A DNA stretch of 64,000 nt from a virus (lineage: Duplodnaviria > Caudoviricetes), in IMG/VR virus record IMGVR_UViG_2716884858_000003, positions 32,001-96,000 of that record; one strand, written 5' to 3'. The notes beneath the pieces are model-generated. The model saw nothing but the letters and a program-made list of their open reading frames with translations. It had not been told where the DNA came from and did not search any database. Both the position numbers and the translations under genes were made by a program. Below, in pieces: positions 63,848-64,000 of the stretch; within the stretch, counting starts at the first letter, position 1; each line of letters opens with the position of its first letter.

Positions 63848-64000
63848 ATGTCCTGCCCGCTCATCGCGAACGCGGACGTCATGCGCATCACCCGGGTTGA
63901 CCAGTGTGGCAACCCGATCCCCGGCCCCGACAACGGCTATGTGTTCGACTGCTTTTCGAGCCTGGCCATGAACAACAACTCCGACGACGGCGACGACATC
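63848..64000 (+). CDS. Probable major tail protein, 3'-partial
   Basis: RBS AGGAGG; MRITRVDQCG resembles actinophage major tail N-termini. Confidence 0.55.
   Translation, partial: MSCPLIANADVMRITRVDQCGNPIPGPDNGYVFDCFSSLAMNNNSDDGDDI

Overview
High-GC actinobacterial (Streptomyces-like) DNA. Most of it is one large, co-oriented phage or prophage-like element on the + strand. In order: (1) 1-4.5 kb, small early-type genes separated by repeated palindromic promoter/operators and conserved-loop hairpins, including a PP2C phosphatase; (2) 4.8-15.3 kb, a predicted 7-deazaguanine DNA-modification locus (three ParB-like paralogs, a DpdA/TGT-like gene, a divergent T-fold gene, queD, queE and folE, with no queC seen), interrupted by an antisense Lamassu/ABC-3C defence operon; (3) small and large terminase, the large one carrying a class-3 LAGLIDADG intein; (4) about 21 kb of cargo between terL and the portal: three head-to-tail IS110 elements with putative bridge-RNA guides that match their own junctions, a tRNA-Ile(CAT)-derived att-like site, a LamG protein and an RHS toxin with a Fic/Doc C-terminus plus immunity gene; (5) portal, a MuF-2H-protease fusion, major capsid protein and an HNH; (6) about 13 kb of unusually Cys-rich repetitive structural genes ending at a probable major tail protein. 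All calls come from motif reading by eye; no database searches were run.
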